Positions 19,982-29,819 of a DNA stretch of 64,000 bases are shown piece by piece (within the stretch, counting starts at the first letter, position 1; every line of letters begins with the position of its first letter). A program made the position numbers and the translations under genes. This DNA comes from an uncultured virus (IMG/VR IMGVR_UViG_3300036715_002448) (taxonomy: Duplodnaviria > Heunggongvirae > Uroviricota > Caudoviricetes), in the IMG/VR virus record IMGVR_UViG_3300036715_002448, positions 30,164 to 94,163 of that record; one strand, written 5' to 3'. A model generated the notes under the pieces. That model was not told where the DNA came from, made no database searches, and saw nothing but the letters and a program-made list of their open reading frames with translations.

Positions 19982-21826
19982 TTATCTAACAAAAGAATGT
20001 TCTAATTTTATAGGAGGAATGGCATTGTCAATAACTAATGCTAATTCTTGTTCTTTAACTACGTATTGATTGAGTATGAGTGATTGTTGTTCTTCTTCTA
20101 TAGGTTCTGACCAAATCCTTATATTTGTTAAGTTTAATGTACCTGCTTTTAATTGATAAGGTGTTTCGGTTGGTAATATATCAACCGGCGTGTAATCCAA
20201 AGTTTTATTATATATTTGAAGAAGATTTGTTGTTCTGTTTTGTGTTGGATTTGATTCATCAAATTTAATTCCCCAAATATAAAAAGATAGTTGTTTAAAT
20301 TCTGGTTGCAAATTAAACACAATACCATACCAAATATCATTAGATAAAGTAGGCAAATTGGTAAATACATATTCGGCATTATTTATAATTACGGATATTG
20401 ATGTTGCTGCCAATCCTGTGTAATTTACTTTTATTTGTATTCCATTTGAATTAGATAAACCATCTAAAATTACATCATAAGAATTTTTGTCTAATGCTGA
20501 ATGGTTTAATTTAATCCATGCAGTAAATGCAAAATTATCTTTTTTTAATATGTTAACTAATTTTTTGTATTTTACTGCAATGTCACCAAAATTCATACCA
20601 GTTTTCAAGTCATAATAATGTTTTGAAATAATTGTATAATAATTTTGTAAAGTTTTAGCTTGTATTACTAATGAACTATTTACATGGCTTCTAACATAGT
20701 CATACCCGCCTATAGCAACTGTTGTATATTGGCTTGGTTTTGTTACTCTTAGATATTCTTTTTCTACAGCAGGTTGTAATGTAGTTTCAAAACTTTCATG
20801 CAAATCAGTAACATATTTATCAATATCTGGATTTTCACGCATAACATTAAGTTTATCGGCCCATTTATACAACATTATTTTGTAGTATGCTTCCATTCCC
20901 ATAAAGTCACGGAACATATAAGCCGAAGTCACTTCGTAAATACGATCTATTAATGGAAAATAAATATAATCCTTTTCTTCAGGTATTCCATTAACACCAA
21001 AAGCTCTTTCAAAATGTTCTCTTGTAATATGTCCTTCTATTCCTTCGGCAAACTCCATATCCATAGGAGTGTATTTGTCAGCATTATCCGGGAATGAGTT
21101 ATCTGGGATGGCCATTTTAATATCTTTTACGTCATATACTTCAAATAACGAGTATTCATGTAAAACTGGGTCACCTGAGTTTGATGTTGGCCTTGTTTTG
21201 AAATACCTAACAACATGTCCAAACATCTCATTAGTTGCGCAAGCCATTTGTTGATAAATAGCTTGAGCAGGCTTCATTATATCATAAGGCCTGAATAATG
21301 AATCTGTATTACTTACTAAAATTCCTGTTGAAAAATTACTACCTGGAGATGCTTTTGCTTTACAAGAATCTTGATTCATTGGATATGGTAAAGCCTCTGG
21401 CGATTCAGGTATTTTACCAGGTTCATAGTATATTTCTATTCTGTTAATTGAACGAGCTCCATTAGAAGTTCCTCTTCTAACAAACTTAAATTGTAAATCA
21501 AAAGAATCTGGATCTTGTCTAATTATTTTTGAATAAATATCATCAATTCCGGATACAGGTTTACCTCCATCTGTTATTTGTGTCCAAGCTGACCAAACAA
21601 TTCTAGGATTCCCTAATGATAAAGATGCTCTTGTTGCATTAATTATGTCATAACTCCATCTTATGTAAATATCATGACCTTGGTCCCAAGATTCAATAGG
21701 ATTTATGACAAATTGAATGTCTGTTATTGATTTTATGTATGTAAAAGTGCCAGTAAAGTCTACTCGTATAGTATCGCCTTCTGTATAAGTTATGTTATTA
21801 GAATCAATAAAGAATTCAAGTTTCAT
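19982..21826 (-). CDS. gp14-like neck protein with extra beta-rich domains
   Basis: FGHVVRYF, ITREHFERAFG, PEEKDYIYFPLIDRIYEV; LamG-like C-terminus. Confidence 0.65.
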   Translation of the reverse strand: MKLEFFIDSNNITYTEGDTIRVDFTGTFTYIKSITDIQFVINPIESWDQGHDIYIRWSYDIINATRASLSLGNPRIVWSAWTQITDGGKPVSGIDDIYSKIIRQDPDSFDLQFKFVRRGTSNGARSINRIEIYYEPGKIPESPEALPYPMNQDSCKAKASPGSNFSTGILVSNTDSLFRPYDIMKPAQAIYQQMACATNEMFGHVVRYFKTRPTSNSGDPVLHEYSLFEVYDVKDIKMAIPDNSFPDNADKYTPMDMEFAEGIEGHITREHFERAFGVNGIPEEKDYIYFPLIDRIYEVTSAYMFRDFMGMEAYYKIMLYKWADKLNVMRENPDIDKYVTDLHESFETTLQPAVEKEYLRVTKPSQYTTVAIGGYDYVRSHVNSSLVIQAKTLQNYYTIISKHYYDLKTGMNFGDIAVKYKKLVNILKKDNFAFTAWIKLNHSALDKNSYDVILDGLSNSNGIQIKVNYTGLAATSISVIINNAEYVFTNLPTLSNDIWYGIVFNLQPEFKQLSFYIWGIKFDESNPTQNRTTNLLQIYNKTLDYTPVDILPTETPYQLKAGTLNLTNIRIWSEPIEEEQQSLILNQYVVKEQELALVIDNAIPPIKLEHSFVR

Positions 21827-21835
21827 TAAGTTAGT

Positions 21836-22306
21836 TTATTTTACACTACTAGCTTCAATAACATGTTGAACAACTGTTTGAACAGCCTCAGGATTGATTG
21901 ACTGTTTTGAAAGGTATTGAATAAACATTGTTATAGCTAATCCTGCGATAGATCCAAAAACAATCCATAGTGCTTTATTTATTCCACCTTGCCATTTTTC
22001 AATATTATCTATCCTATTTAGTATTTTTGGTAATAGTTTATTAATATCTTCGTCTTCTGTAATATGGTCTTCTATTAATTCTGTATTTTTGTTAACTTTT
22101 ACAACGACTCCGTTATCAGGATCTAATAGTCTTTTACTCAAATCAGAAACCTTTTCTCTAATAACTTTTTGTTCTTCCATTATTTCATTAACACTATTTT
22201 TAATTGAATTTAATTCACCATTTGGCAACCTCTTACGAATTTCTTCCAATTTTTTAAAAATGTCATCAAATAAATCTCCTTGCATAGAGTCTGTACTATT
22301 TGCCAT
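21836..22306 (-). CDS. Coiled-coil protein with one TM helix (XhlA/holin-like)
   Basis: Heptad region followed by ALWIVFGSIAGLAITMFIQY; class A motif upstream. Confidence 0.45.
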   Translation of the reverse strand: MANSTDSMQGDLFDDIFKKLEEIRKRLPNGELNSIKNSVNEIMEEQKVIREKVSDLSKRLLDPDNGVVVKVNKNTELIEDHITEDEDINKLLPKILNRIDNIEKWQGGINKALWIVFGSIAGLAITMFIQYLSKQSINPEAVQTVVQHVIEASSVK

Positions 22307-22374
22307 GTTATCTACATAATTTTTTATTTATATATCTAAGACAATTTACTTAAACTATGTAAAAGCAATAAAAT

Positions 22375-22785
22375 CTACAATTCTGTTTGTTTTTTTAGTT
22401 TGTCAAATATGAGTTTTGTCTCTGTAGGATTAAATTTAATCATCATTTTCAAATCCTGTTCTGACATCTTATGAGTAGTTAGGTATAAAGACACAAGTTC
22501 TTTAGGAGGGTACCATTCTTTTTGAGATTCTGTTTTTTTCGTTTTTGTATAAACCCAATAAGGGACCTTATTATATCTAGAAGCAACCATTTGCCAAAGG
22601 TCGACAAGTACAGCCCCATTGATCCCATTAAAATTAAGAGATTGTGCCGTTGATGGGTATTTGATGGAAAAAAATCTGTTAACAATAAAACTATGTTTGC
22701 TCTTTGCTATATTAGATATTTCTGAATACTTTTTAGAGTCTGTAAACATTATTTTTATCAAATCAAATAATTCAATATTAGCCAT
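22375..22785 (-). CDS. Probable clamp-loader small subunit (gp62-like)
   Basis: ELFDLIK, SFIVNRFFS, size and context. Confidence 0.5.
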   Translation of the reverse strand: MANIELFDLIKIMFTDSKKYSEISNIAKSKHSFIVNRFFSIKYPSTAQSLNFNGINGAVLVDLWQMVASRYNKVPYWVYTKTKKTESQKEWYPPKELVSLYLTTHKMSEQDLKMMIKFNPTETKLIFDKLKKQTEL

Positions 22786-23029
22786 TTGTTTTTGTATCTT
22801 TAGTCTCGTTAATTCTAATTTCGTTAATAAATTTTTTCTTTTCTAACAAAAATTTCTTTTCGTTAAGCGTATTAGAGTCTTGTATTGCAGTTGAAAGTTT
22901 TTCTACTGCTAATATTAATCTTTTTATATCAAAATCTTTTTCAGATGATGTAGTATTTTTATTCGTAACTCTAAGAATTGTTTTAGAAGACCTATTGTTT
23001 TCATTGCTTCCTGTGTGTTCTCCAGCCAT
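22778..23029 (-). CDS. Hypothetical protein
   Basis: ORF coupled to neighbours. Confidence 0.55.
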   Translation of the reverse strand: MAGEHTGSNENNRSSKTILRVTNKNTTSSEKDFDIKRLILAVEKLSTAIQDSNTLNEKKFLLEKKKFINEIRINETKDTKTNG

Positions 23030-23043
23030 TATGTATAATTTAA

Positions 23044-24285
23044 TTATTTTAGTAATTCAGACCAATAGGAGTCATCAAATGAACCCTGTGTGTCTGTTAT
23101 GTTAACAGATGTTGTTGGTTTAATATTTTTTAATATACTTGTATCATTTGGATTTAAATCACTTTGATAAGTAGTAAGTTTTAAAATTTCTTCCTTTCTA
23201 ATCATAAGATCCAAATGTACTGCAGATATTTTTAAATTTATTTTATGTTCAATATCATCCATAATCGCATCAAAAATATCAGTTGGTAAACAATTTTTAT
23301 GCAAAAACATTAAATCACGATTCATTTTCCATTTAGCGACAAGCTCAGCATTAGTTTTGTCTTGTATGTTTAAATGAGTTTTTGTTAATTCACAAATCAA
23401 TTTAATAAATTCATCGGCGAAAAAATGATGTTGTTTGACTGAAAAATTTAATCCTTTAAACTTAGATAAAATATCTTCAGATTGTTTATCTGTTATTACA
23501 TATCTTTGTGGACCTCGTTTAGTTTCCTTAATCTTTACATACAAAGGAGAAACATTATCACCATCATCACCTTTTAGAATTTTTTTAAATAAAAAGTCAT
23601 TAGTATTAATTTCATCGATTTTTATTTTTTCCTTTTGTATTAAACTTGTTAAATCTGATTTAACAGTATCAAGTGATTGTGCACCAAGGTTAAAAATATC
23701 AGCAACATCTCCAGAATCTTCTATTTTTAACCAATTTGAAAATCCAGGAAATACATGTAAGTTTTTGTCAAACTTATTATAATACACTGTACTAGCATCT
23801 AAATTTTTGTCATAGTTAATCAATTGAAGAAGGTCATTATCACCAGATATAATAATTGCATTTTGCCCCATTTGGTTAAGATAACTTGACCAACCAAAAA
23901 TTAAGTCATCAGCTTCAGCATTTTTAACTTTAGAAGTTATAACACCCATTTTTTTGATAGCAGTAATAAATTCATCGTGAACAGCAAAAACAGCAGCCCA
24001 ATCAACATTAGTAGATTGAACTCTATTTCCTTTGTAATCTTGGTCTGTTGTCATTTGTTTACGCCAAGACGAGTAATCCATACAATAAACAATTTGGTTT
24101 GTTACATCCCTAAAACGACGTATTTCAGCTGCAAAATCAACCGATAATTTCCAAAGCAATAATTGTTTATCTGCTTCTGGGTCATCTATAAAATTCATTC
24201 CTTTTCCCATTTTCATACGTTGGCAAACATGGAATGTTTTAAGCAGCCAAAAATTTCCATCCAGAAGTAGCGTAAATTTATTCAT
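23044..24285 (-). CDS. rnh: RNase H / 5'-3' exonuclease (T4 rnh family)
   Basis: LLDGN, SSWRK, YKGNR, EADDLI, SGDNDLLQL, GDDGDNV. Confidence 0.9.
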   Translation of the reverse strand: MNKFTLLLDGNFWLLKTFHVCQRMKMGKGMNFIDDPEADKQLLLWKLSVDFAAEIRRFRDVTNQIVYCMDYSSWRKQMTTDQDYKGNRVQSTNVDWAAVFAVHDEFITAIKKMGVITSKVKNAEADDLIFGWSSYLNQMGQNAIIISGDNDLLQLINYDKNLDASTVYYNKFDKNLHVFPGFSNWLKIEDSGDVADIFNLGAQSLDTVKSDLTSLIQKEKIKIDEINTNDFLFKKILKGDDGDNVSPLYVKIKETKRGPQRYVITDKQSEDILSKFKGLNFSVKQHHFFADEFIKLICELTKTHLNIQDKTNAELVAKWKMNRDLMFLHKNCLPTDIFDAIMDDIEHKINLKISAVHLDLMIRKEEILKLTTYQSDLNPNDTSILKNIKPTTSVNITDTQGSFDDSYWSELLK

Positions 24286-24378
24286 AATTTAATAATTTTT
24301 ATATTTTTTGTGGCATTTTTTTTATTTTATTCTCTTTTAAAATTTAAGATAAGTTAAATTAAAAATATATCAAAAAGA

Positions 24379-25161
24379 CTAAATAGTTTTTAAAAATTCA
24401 TGCAATTGTTTATTCCACTTAGCATCTTCAAGTGCATTGTGTTCATTAGTTTGAACAGGATATCCAGGTAGTTCACTAATATCTAAATTGACACCTTTTG
24501 ATTTTATGCTACGTTCTATTAGTTTTTCATCCAATATTTGTTTCAAATCATTACAGTACATTGGGAACCCTTTAGGCAAATCTGTCATAAGTCCAAACAA
24601 CCAACAGAATACAACCCAGTCATAATCTGAATAATATCCATAAAATGTTGGAAATAAACTAGGACTTACAGGTTCATATTTTTGAGCTTCCTGTAAAGGG
24701 GTTAAACCAAACTGGTTATCCGATTTTCCATAAACAAATTCTATTACTTCATTTGCTATTTGAATATTAGATTTTCCATATTTTTTTACAAGCATTTTTA
24801 ACCTATTTAACGTGAAAGCTTTAACAGGTGTTTTTGTTTCTTCGGTTCCTTTTTTAACTATAATATATGAATAACCATATTCTTTTATACAAAGTTCTTC
24901 AAAAATAGGTTTAAGAACATTGTCCCTAATCCAATATATCTTTTTTCCTGAAAATCCATTGTATTTTTCAAAAGAAGTTAATTCGGCAACATAATATCTA
25001 TTCCAAGCTTCTTTTATATTAAATTCATTTGAAATAGAATAGTATTGTTTATCATCTTCCGAAACAATTCCAATAGAAATTAAATCTATAGTAGGTTTTG
25101 ACTTTCCTATAATGCTCTTTTGCGGCCCTTCTATGAACTCGGTATCTAAGTAGTATTTCAT
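24379..25161 (-). CDS. DEDD 3'-5' exoribonuclease (Rv2179c-like)
   Basis: YLDTEFIE, DLISIG, DYDWV, HNALEDAKWN. Confidence 0.85.
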   Translation of the reverse strand: MKYYLDTEFIEGPQKSIIGKSKPTIDLISIGIVSEDDKQYYSISNEFNIKEAWNRYYVAELTSFEKYNGFSGKKIYWIRDNVLKPIFEELCIKEYGYSYIIVKKGTEETKTPVKAFTLNRLKMLVKKYGKSNIQIANEVIEFVYGKSDNQFGLTPLQEAQKYEPVSPSLFPTFYGYYSDYDWVVFCWLFGLMTDLPKGFPMYCNDLKQILDEKLIERSIKSKGVNLDISELPGYPVQTNEHNALEDAKWNKQLHEFLKTI

Positions 25162-25162
25162 A

Positions 25163-25585
25163 TTAAATTATTTTATTTAATTTTAAAAGTTCTTCGACTT
25201 TAACCCAATCAACAAAAGGTTTATTAGAAAGTTCTAAGTTAAAATTCAAAGGACATCCCAAAGACGCATCATCAATATACATTTGGGCAAATGCCTTTGG
25301 ACTAGATGTCCATGATTTTTGAGTAGGATTTGTATTTATTCCAAACAGAGGAATTTCATTTTCTTTAAACCATTCTACTGCTTCTGTTAAGTACTGTCCG
25401 GGAATTCCAAAAATACTTGCATCAGGAGCTGCTACTACTTTATCATCACTTCTCATCGTAAATAAAATTAATTTATGCCCAGCTTCTATTAATTTTTTTA
25501 AAACAGGAACAGCTCCAATATCTTTACCTATTCTTGGAAACTCGTGCGTTACGCAAGTTCCATCAAAGTCAATACATACCACCAT
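25163..25585 (-). CDS. HAD-superfamily hydrolase (BT0820-like)
   Basis: IDFDGTCV, LILFTMR, KAFAQMYIDD. Confidence 0.85.
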   Translation of the reverse strand: MVVCIDFDGTCVTHEFPRIGKDIGAVPVLKKLIEAGHKLILFTMRSDDKVVAAPDASIFGIPGQYLTEAVEWFKENEIPLFGINTNPTQKSWTSSPKAFAQMYIDDASLGCPLNFNLELSNKPFVDWVKVEELLKLNKII

Positions 25586-25783
25586 ATTTTTTCCATTTAA
25601 AATTTTTATGTGTCATTCTTTTTCCATTCACACAATAAGCAATACAAAATGCTATAAAACTACCTTTTTCGTCTGATTCATTTGTGCTATTCCATATTTT
25701 AATTATATTTTTATTGACAAGTCATATTATATTAATAGAATAGAAAGTGCTTTACTTAATTTTTCTTTTTGATTATTTATCAC
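25570..25783 (-). pseudogene. Relic of a NUMOD1-containing homing endonuclease
   Basis: Manual translation QKEKLSKALSILLI*YDLS then frameshift NIIKIWNSTNESDEKGSFIAFCIAYCVNGKRMTHKNFKWKK. Confidence 0.7.
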
Positions 25784-26733
25784 GCATTAAGAATAGCTTT
25801 TAATTTAAACACTAAAGAAACCATACAAACAACAGGGTCAATAACAAATTTTAATTCAAATGAATGTTTATTAACTTCATAAGCAACTTCACCAATTTTT
25901 CTAATGTAATTTGGTTGTTCTAATTGAATATAATCAATAAAGTCTGTTCCTAATGACTTAATAATATCATCTACCTTTGTTGAGTAGTTTGATACAAGGA
26001 ATTGGTAAGATTTTACTTCATCATAAGATTTATCAAATAACATTTCGTAAACATCTTTAAAAACTCCATGGAATTTTTTAATATCAACCAATGTTATTTT
26101 CATTTTTCCTTCTGTATAAAATCCTTGTAAAATGTTAATAATAGAACGCATATCAGGAAATTTACGTTTTGTCAATTCAATTAATGCATCCTTTTCAATT
26201 GACATTCCTTCAATTTTAAGAATTTCAAATATTCTTACATAATATTTCTTTTCGATTTCTGCTTCTTCTTCAGCCGTAAAATCAAAATTTATACAATCAA
26301 AACGAGACTGAATATTATCAGGAATTTTGTTGAAATAATTACAAGTTGCTATGAATCTAGCGGTTGACTCAAATTGTTCAATTGTACCACGAAGAGCTTT
26401 CATGTATGCATCAGATACACCATCAAACTCATCAAGAATAACATATTTCAATTGGCGGTTACCATCCAAAACAGATAAAGAAGAACAAAATTCGGTTATT
26501 TTTGTTCTAACATTTTCAACAGAAGTATCAAGTGAACAGTTAACAAAAAGAGTTGCATTATGTTTGCATAGTACTTTAGCTGTTGTCGATTTTCCGGTTC
26601 CAGGGCTAGAATATAAAAGTAAATTATTTTGCACTCCTTTGGAGAGTTTGTTCATAACCCTAGATGGTAAAATAATTTCAGATAATTCGGTCGGACGATA
26701 CCTTTCAGTCCATAATAATTTTTTTGGATTCAT
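25780..26733 (-). CDS. gp44: Clamp loader large subunit (RFC-like AAA+)
   Basis: LWTERYRP, SPGTGKS, ILDEFD, SRF, FPDMRSIIN. Confidence 0.93.
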   Translation of the reverse strand: MNPKKLLWTERYRPTELSEIILPSRVMNKLSKGVQNNLLLYSSPGTGKSTTAKVLCKHNATLFVNCSLDTSVENVRTKITEFCSSLSVLDGNRQLKYVILDEFDGVSDAYMKALRGTIEQFESTARFIATCNYFNKIPDNIQSRFDCINFDFTAEEEAEIEKKYYVRIFEILKIEGMSIEKDALIELTKRKFPDMRSIINILQGFYTEGKMKITLVDIKKFHGVFKDVYEMLFDKSYDEVKSYQFLVSNYSTKVDDIIKSLGTDFIDYIQLEQPNYIRKIGEVAYEVNKHSFELKFVIDPVVCMVSLVFKLKAILNA

Positions 26734-26769
26734 TTACTTTAAATTTTTCTATTTTTTAAATTATATGTC

Positions 26770-26799
26770 AAAAGGACGGATTTGTTTATCCGTCCTTTT
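26770..26799. terminator. Intrinsic terminator overlapping the class B promoter of gp44
   Basis: aaaaggacggat-ttgttt-atccgtcctttt. Confidence 0.8.
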
Positions 26800-26988
26800 A
26801 AGTATTTAGAAATATAAAATAAGAATGAGTATTGTCTTTCGTATTGAACTGTGTCCGCCTAATTCAAATAAATGGCCCATTAAGACTTTTAAAGTAAATC
26901 ACTGATAAGAATGCTAATCACTTAATTTGATTTTTTCAATGGTATTATCAATAGTGTTGCTCATTGCTAGTAATTTAGAATGTTCAAT

Positions 26989-27162
26989 TTATTTTGGCTG
27001 GCATACAGTTAATAATACTAAAAATGCAATCAAAGAAACTACAAAAAACCAACTTAGTAAAGTTATATGTTTTTCACGTGCTTCTTGTTTTAGCCTAATA
27101 GCTTTTAGTCGTTCAATGTCATTTCTTTGCCATTCACGAAAAGCTTCGAGTGTATTTTTCAT
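26989..27162 (-). CDS. Small membrane protein (57 aa, not in ORF track)
   Basis: MKNTLEAFREWQRNDIERLKAIRLKQEAREKHITLLSWFFVVSLIAFLVLLTVCQPK. Confidence 0.6.
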   Translation of the reverse strand: MKNTLEAFREWQRNDIERLKAIRLKQEAREKHITLLSWFFVVSLIAFLVLLTVCQPK

Positions 27163-27219
27163 ATTTACATTAATTTATATTTGAATTTTTATATGACATA
27201 AAATACTTCCACTTAATTT

Positions 27220-27468
27220 TTATAATTTGTTTAATGGAACTTCATCAATCTTTTTAAAAATTATTCGCTTTTTATCAACTCTTTCCGAAGGCAAACATTT
27301 AGGACAATTTTGAGTAAACAATGACCTAAAAATACAACCAGCACATCCATAATATGCTTCTGTTATTTGTACTTTGGCGAGATGGTCAACATATTTAACA
27401 TAAGCCAAGCTTCCTAAAGACCAATCTGTCCCAGCATACTGTGTTAATTCTTTGTTTATTACTGACAT
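27220..27468 (-). CDS. Small Cys-rich hypothetical protein
   Basis: GCAGCIF..CPKC..ERVDKKRIIF. Confidence 0.65.
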   Translation of the reverse strand: MSVINKELTQYAGTDWSLGSLAYVKYVDHLAKVQITEAYYGCAGCIFRSLFTQNCPKCLPSERVDKKRIIFKKIDEVPLNKL

Positions 27469-27527
27469 ATTTAAAATATATTACAAAACAATTTTTCTGA
27501 AAAACTTTTGATGTTCATGTTTTTAAA

Positions 27528-27959
27528 TTAATGATTAGCACAGATTGGACCAAGACCTCTTTCAATACTTTTAGCATCAGTTAATTTCTTTCCACAACAA
27601 AGACATTTGCCAGTATGCATGAGTTCAATGTTATTGTCCAGGTAATCGAATTCTTTACGTTCTACTTTATCTAATACGAATGCTATTGCAATTGCTGAAG
27701 GAGTGTTAACGATTGATTTTTTGTTAAAAATCTTGCCATTAAAATAAGTTCCAACTCGTTTGAATTTTGAGTACTCAGTTTCAACTTTAACGTGAGTGTA
27801 CCAATTACCATTGAATTCAGAACGAGAAATTCGGTAAGTGTAATCTTTGCCGGTTCTCTTTGACTTAATAGTGAATTCGGCACCATTGTTATTTTTTTCT
27901 GAAGAAAGTGTTGCACCTAATGCATAAGAAGAAATGAGATGAGAATTAGCCGAGTTCAT
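27528..27959 (-). CDS. DUF6011-like Zn-ribbon protein
   Basis: CLCCGKKLTDAKSIERGLGPICA. Confidence 0.8.
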   Translation of the reverse strand: MNSANSHLISSYALGATLSSEKNNNGAEFTIKSKRTGKDYTYRISRSEFNGNWYTHVKVETEYSKFKRVGTYFNGKIFNKKSIVNTPSAIAIAFVLDKVERKEFDYLDNNIELMHTGKCLCCGKKLTDAKSIERGLGPICANH

Positions 27960-27985
27960 AATGAAGTATTATTATGTATGATTAA

Positions 27986-28004
27986 TTTGATGTATAAAAA
28001 TAAT
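27986..28004 (-). promoter_or_regulatory. 19-bp element duplicated upstream of two accessory genes (second copy 28885-28903); possible early promoter
   Basis: tttgatgtataaaaataat in both places; minus strand resembles the Bacteroidetes -7 element TANNTTTG. Confidence 0.5.
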
Positions 28005-28064
28005 ATTTTTTCACAAAATAATACTTCAAATATAGTTAAACTTTGTTAAAAGTAAAGTTAAAAT

Positions 28065-28304
28065 TTATTTCTTTGTTTCAGCATAAATAATGTAGTATGC
28101 ACTAACTACATTTATAACAAAGAAAAAACCAAATAAAAAAGTACTTTAATTAAAAATAGGATTTAACAATGGAATTCCAGCAAAACCATTAATTTCCATT
28201 TTAGAATAATGAAAAAATAATTCTACTGCCCAAACTATGGCACTTAGTACATTAAATGCCATAAAGAAAATAACTAATAAACCGTGAAAAATTTCACTCT
28301 TCAT
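28065..28304 (-). pseudogene. Two-TM membrane protein interrupted by an in-frame TAA (28146-28148)
   Basis: MKSEIFHGLLVIFFMAFNVLSAIVWAVELFFH..NPIFN*STFLFGFFFVINVVSAYYIIYAETKK. Confidence 0.55.
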
Positions 28305-28310
28305 TTTGTT

Positions 28311-28871
28311 TTATTTAATGATAAAATTCTTGACAATTAAATTTTGTACTAAATGATTACCTTTTTTGTTAAAGTATGGTGTTCTTGCTTCTACTTCTAA
28401 AACTACGTAGTGTCCTTTTATACGTTTTCCAACATTTCCTATCATAGGTAGTACATATTCATAACCTCCATATTCAGCTTTTTTATAAGTTCCTTTGGCA
28501 AAAATAACATTATAAATCAAACCAGAAGGTTCATATTGTTTATAGTATGCGAATTTTTCTACTCGATAATCATCATAAAAAACAGTTAGGTTTTTAACAA
28601 AAAGAATTTCAACTTTATGAATTTCATTAGGAGTTAACGAAGGAATTGAAATAAGCTTATTGTTTTTGTCTGTTGTATATTTTTCAATTTCATCATAATA
28701 TACAACAGACATATCTTGGGCAATACTTTTTAGTTTGTCAATGGTACAAGTGTCTTTTAACCAAAGAAAATAATCAATGTCTATGTCGTAAATCTCTTTT
28801 AGTGTTTTACCTTGATATTTACCATAAGGATAAATAGTATCTTCGCCTTTAAAATCTATTCTTGTTGCCAT
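28311..28871 (-). CDS. Hypothetical protein with DUF3820/ExoX-C-like N-terminal motif
   Basis: PYGKYQGKTLKEI..DYFLWL. Confidence 0.65.
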   Translation of the reverse strand: MATRIDFKGEDTIYPYGKYQGKTLKEIYDIDIDYFLWLKDTCTIDKLKSIAQDMSVVYYDEIEKYTTDKNNKLISIPSLTPNEIHKVEILFVKNLTVFYDDYRVEKFAYYKQYEPSGLIYNVIFAKGTYKKAEYGGYEYVLPMIGNVGKRIKGHYVVLEVEARTPYFNKKGNHLVQNLIVKNFIIK

Positions 28872-28945
28872 AACTTTAATTAATTTTGATGTATAAAAAT
28901 AATAAAATTATCCTATATATAAAAATACTGCACAAAAAGTTTTGC

Positions 28946-29356
28946 TTATTTAACCTTATTTAACCATTCATTTATTATTTTAAGGTCATTAATATGTTTT
29001 TCTTTAGATGGTGAATTATTATAAATGTATTTATTTTTTGCATTTATCAAATTATAAATATCGCCACATTTAATAAGTCCTATCATTTGTCTGTTTTCTA
29101 ATGAATACAAAATGTCTAAGTTAATATTTAATAGTGGATTCTTATAAGCAACGGAATTGATCGTTTTTCCTTGTGTTTGAATCCAACCTTCGGGAATTTT
29201 CAAATCTAATTCAATTATAGGTTTGTCAACTATAATGTCTATGTCCGCGTTTTTCCTGCCTAGGTCAATACCAAGCAATTGTAAAAAAAGAGAGCCACTA
29301 AGCGCTGCATCGTGACTCTCGTTTAATTTAATTATTTCTTTTGCAATATTTAGCAA
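28946..29356 (-). CDS. Minimal nucleotidyltransferase-like protein
   Basis: LSGSLFL..GRKNADIDII (GS..DxD), KHINDL. Confidence 0.65.
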   Translation of the reverse strand: MLNIAKEIIKLNESHDAALSGSLFLQLLGIDLGRKNADIDIIVDKPIIELDLKIPEGWIQTQGKTINSVAYKNPLLNINLDILYSLENRQMIGLIKCGDIYNLINAKNKYIYNNSPSKEKHINDLKIINEWLNKVK

Positions 29357-29363
29357 GTTCGTA

Positions 29364-29810
29364 TTATCTTATTTTTTTTTCAATATCCCATTGTATTCTT
29401 TCTAATGGTTTTTCATCACCACCGTTTTTGTAAATTTGTTTCCTTACATAGTCAATAAGTCCTGGTTCATATCTGGCATTTTGGGCCATTTCAAAAGACT
29501 CTCCATAGCTATTATCTGCCATAGATTTAATCCATTTGTTGTAACTTGTTTGATTCCATGAAGAACTACCACCTCCTCTAATTTTCTTAAATTTTTCTAT
29601 TGCATTTTTATCTGGTGGCGTAGCCTTTACTTTAGTTGACATAAATTTTTTATCACCAGAAATATAAACATCAAATCCATGATGAGGTTCTACTTCTTCT
29701 ATATAATAATCTTTACCTTCTGTGTGCACTGTACCTCCTAACATCGGGTGGTTTTTTTCATTTATTTCTGACTCATTAACAAAATCAGAAAATCTTAAAA
29801 AATTTTCCAT
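29364..29810 (-). CDS. Putative internal head protein
   Basis: N-terminal CTS-like MENFLRFSDFVNE. Confidence 0.55.
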   Translation of the reverse strand: MENFLRFSDFVNESEINEKNHPMLGGTVHTEGKDYYIEEVEPHHGFDVYISGDKKFMSTKVKATPPDKNAIEKFKKIRGGGSSSWNQTSYNKWIKSMADNSYGESFEMAQNARYEPGLIDYVRKQIYKNGGDEKPLERIQWDIEKKIR

Positions 29811-29819
29811 TGTATATTT

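Noticed and set aside
27188-27215. Fifth class B promoter
   Set aside because: Has CATATAA but lacks the AAAC element at the 13-nt spacing
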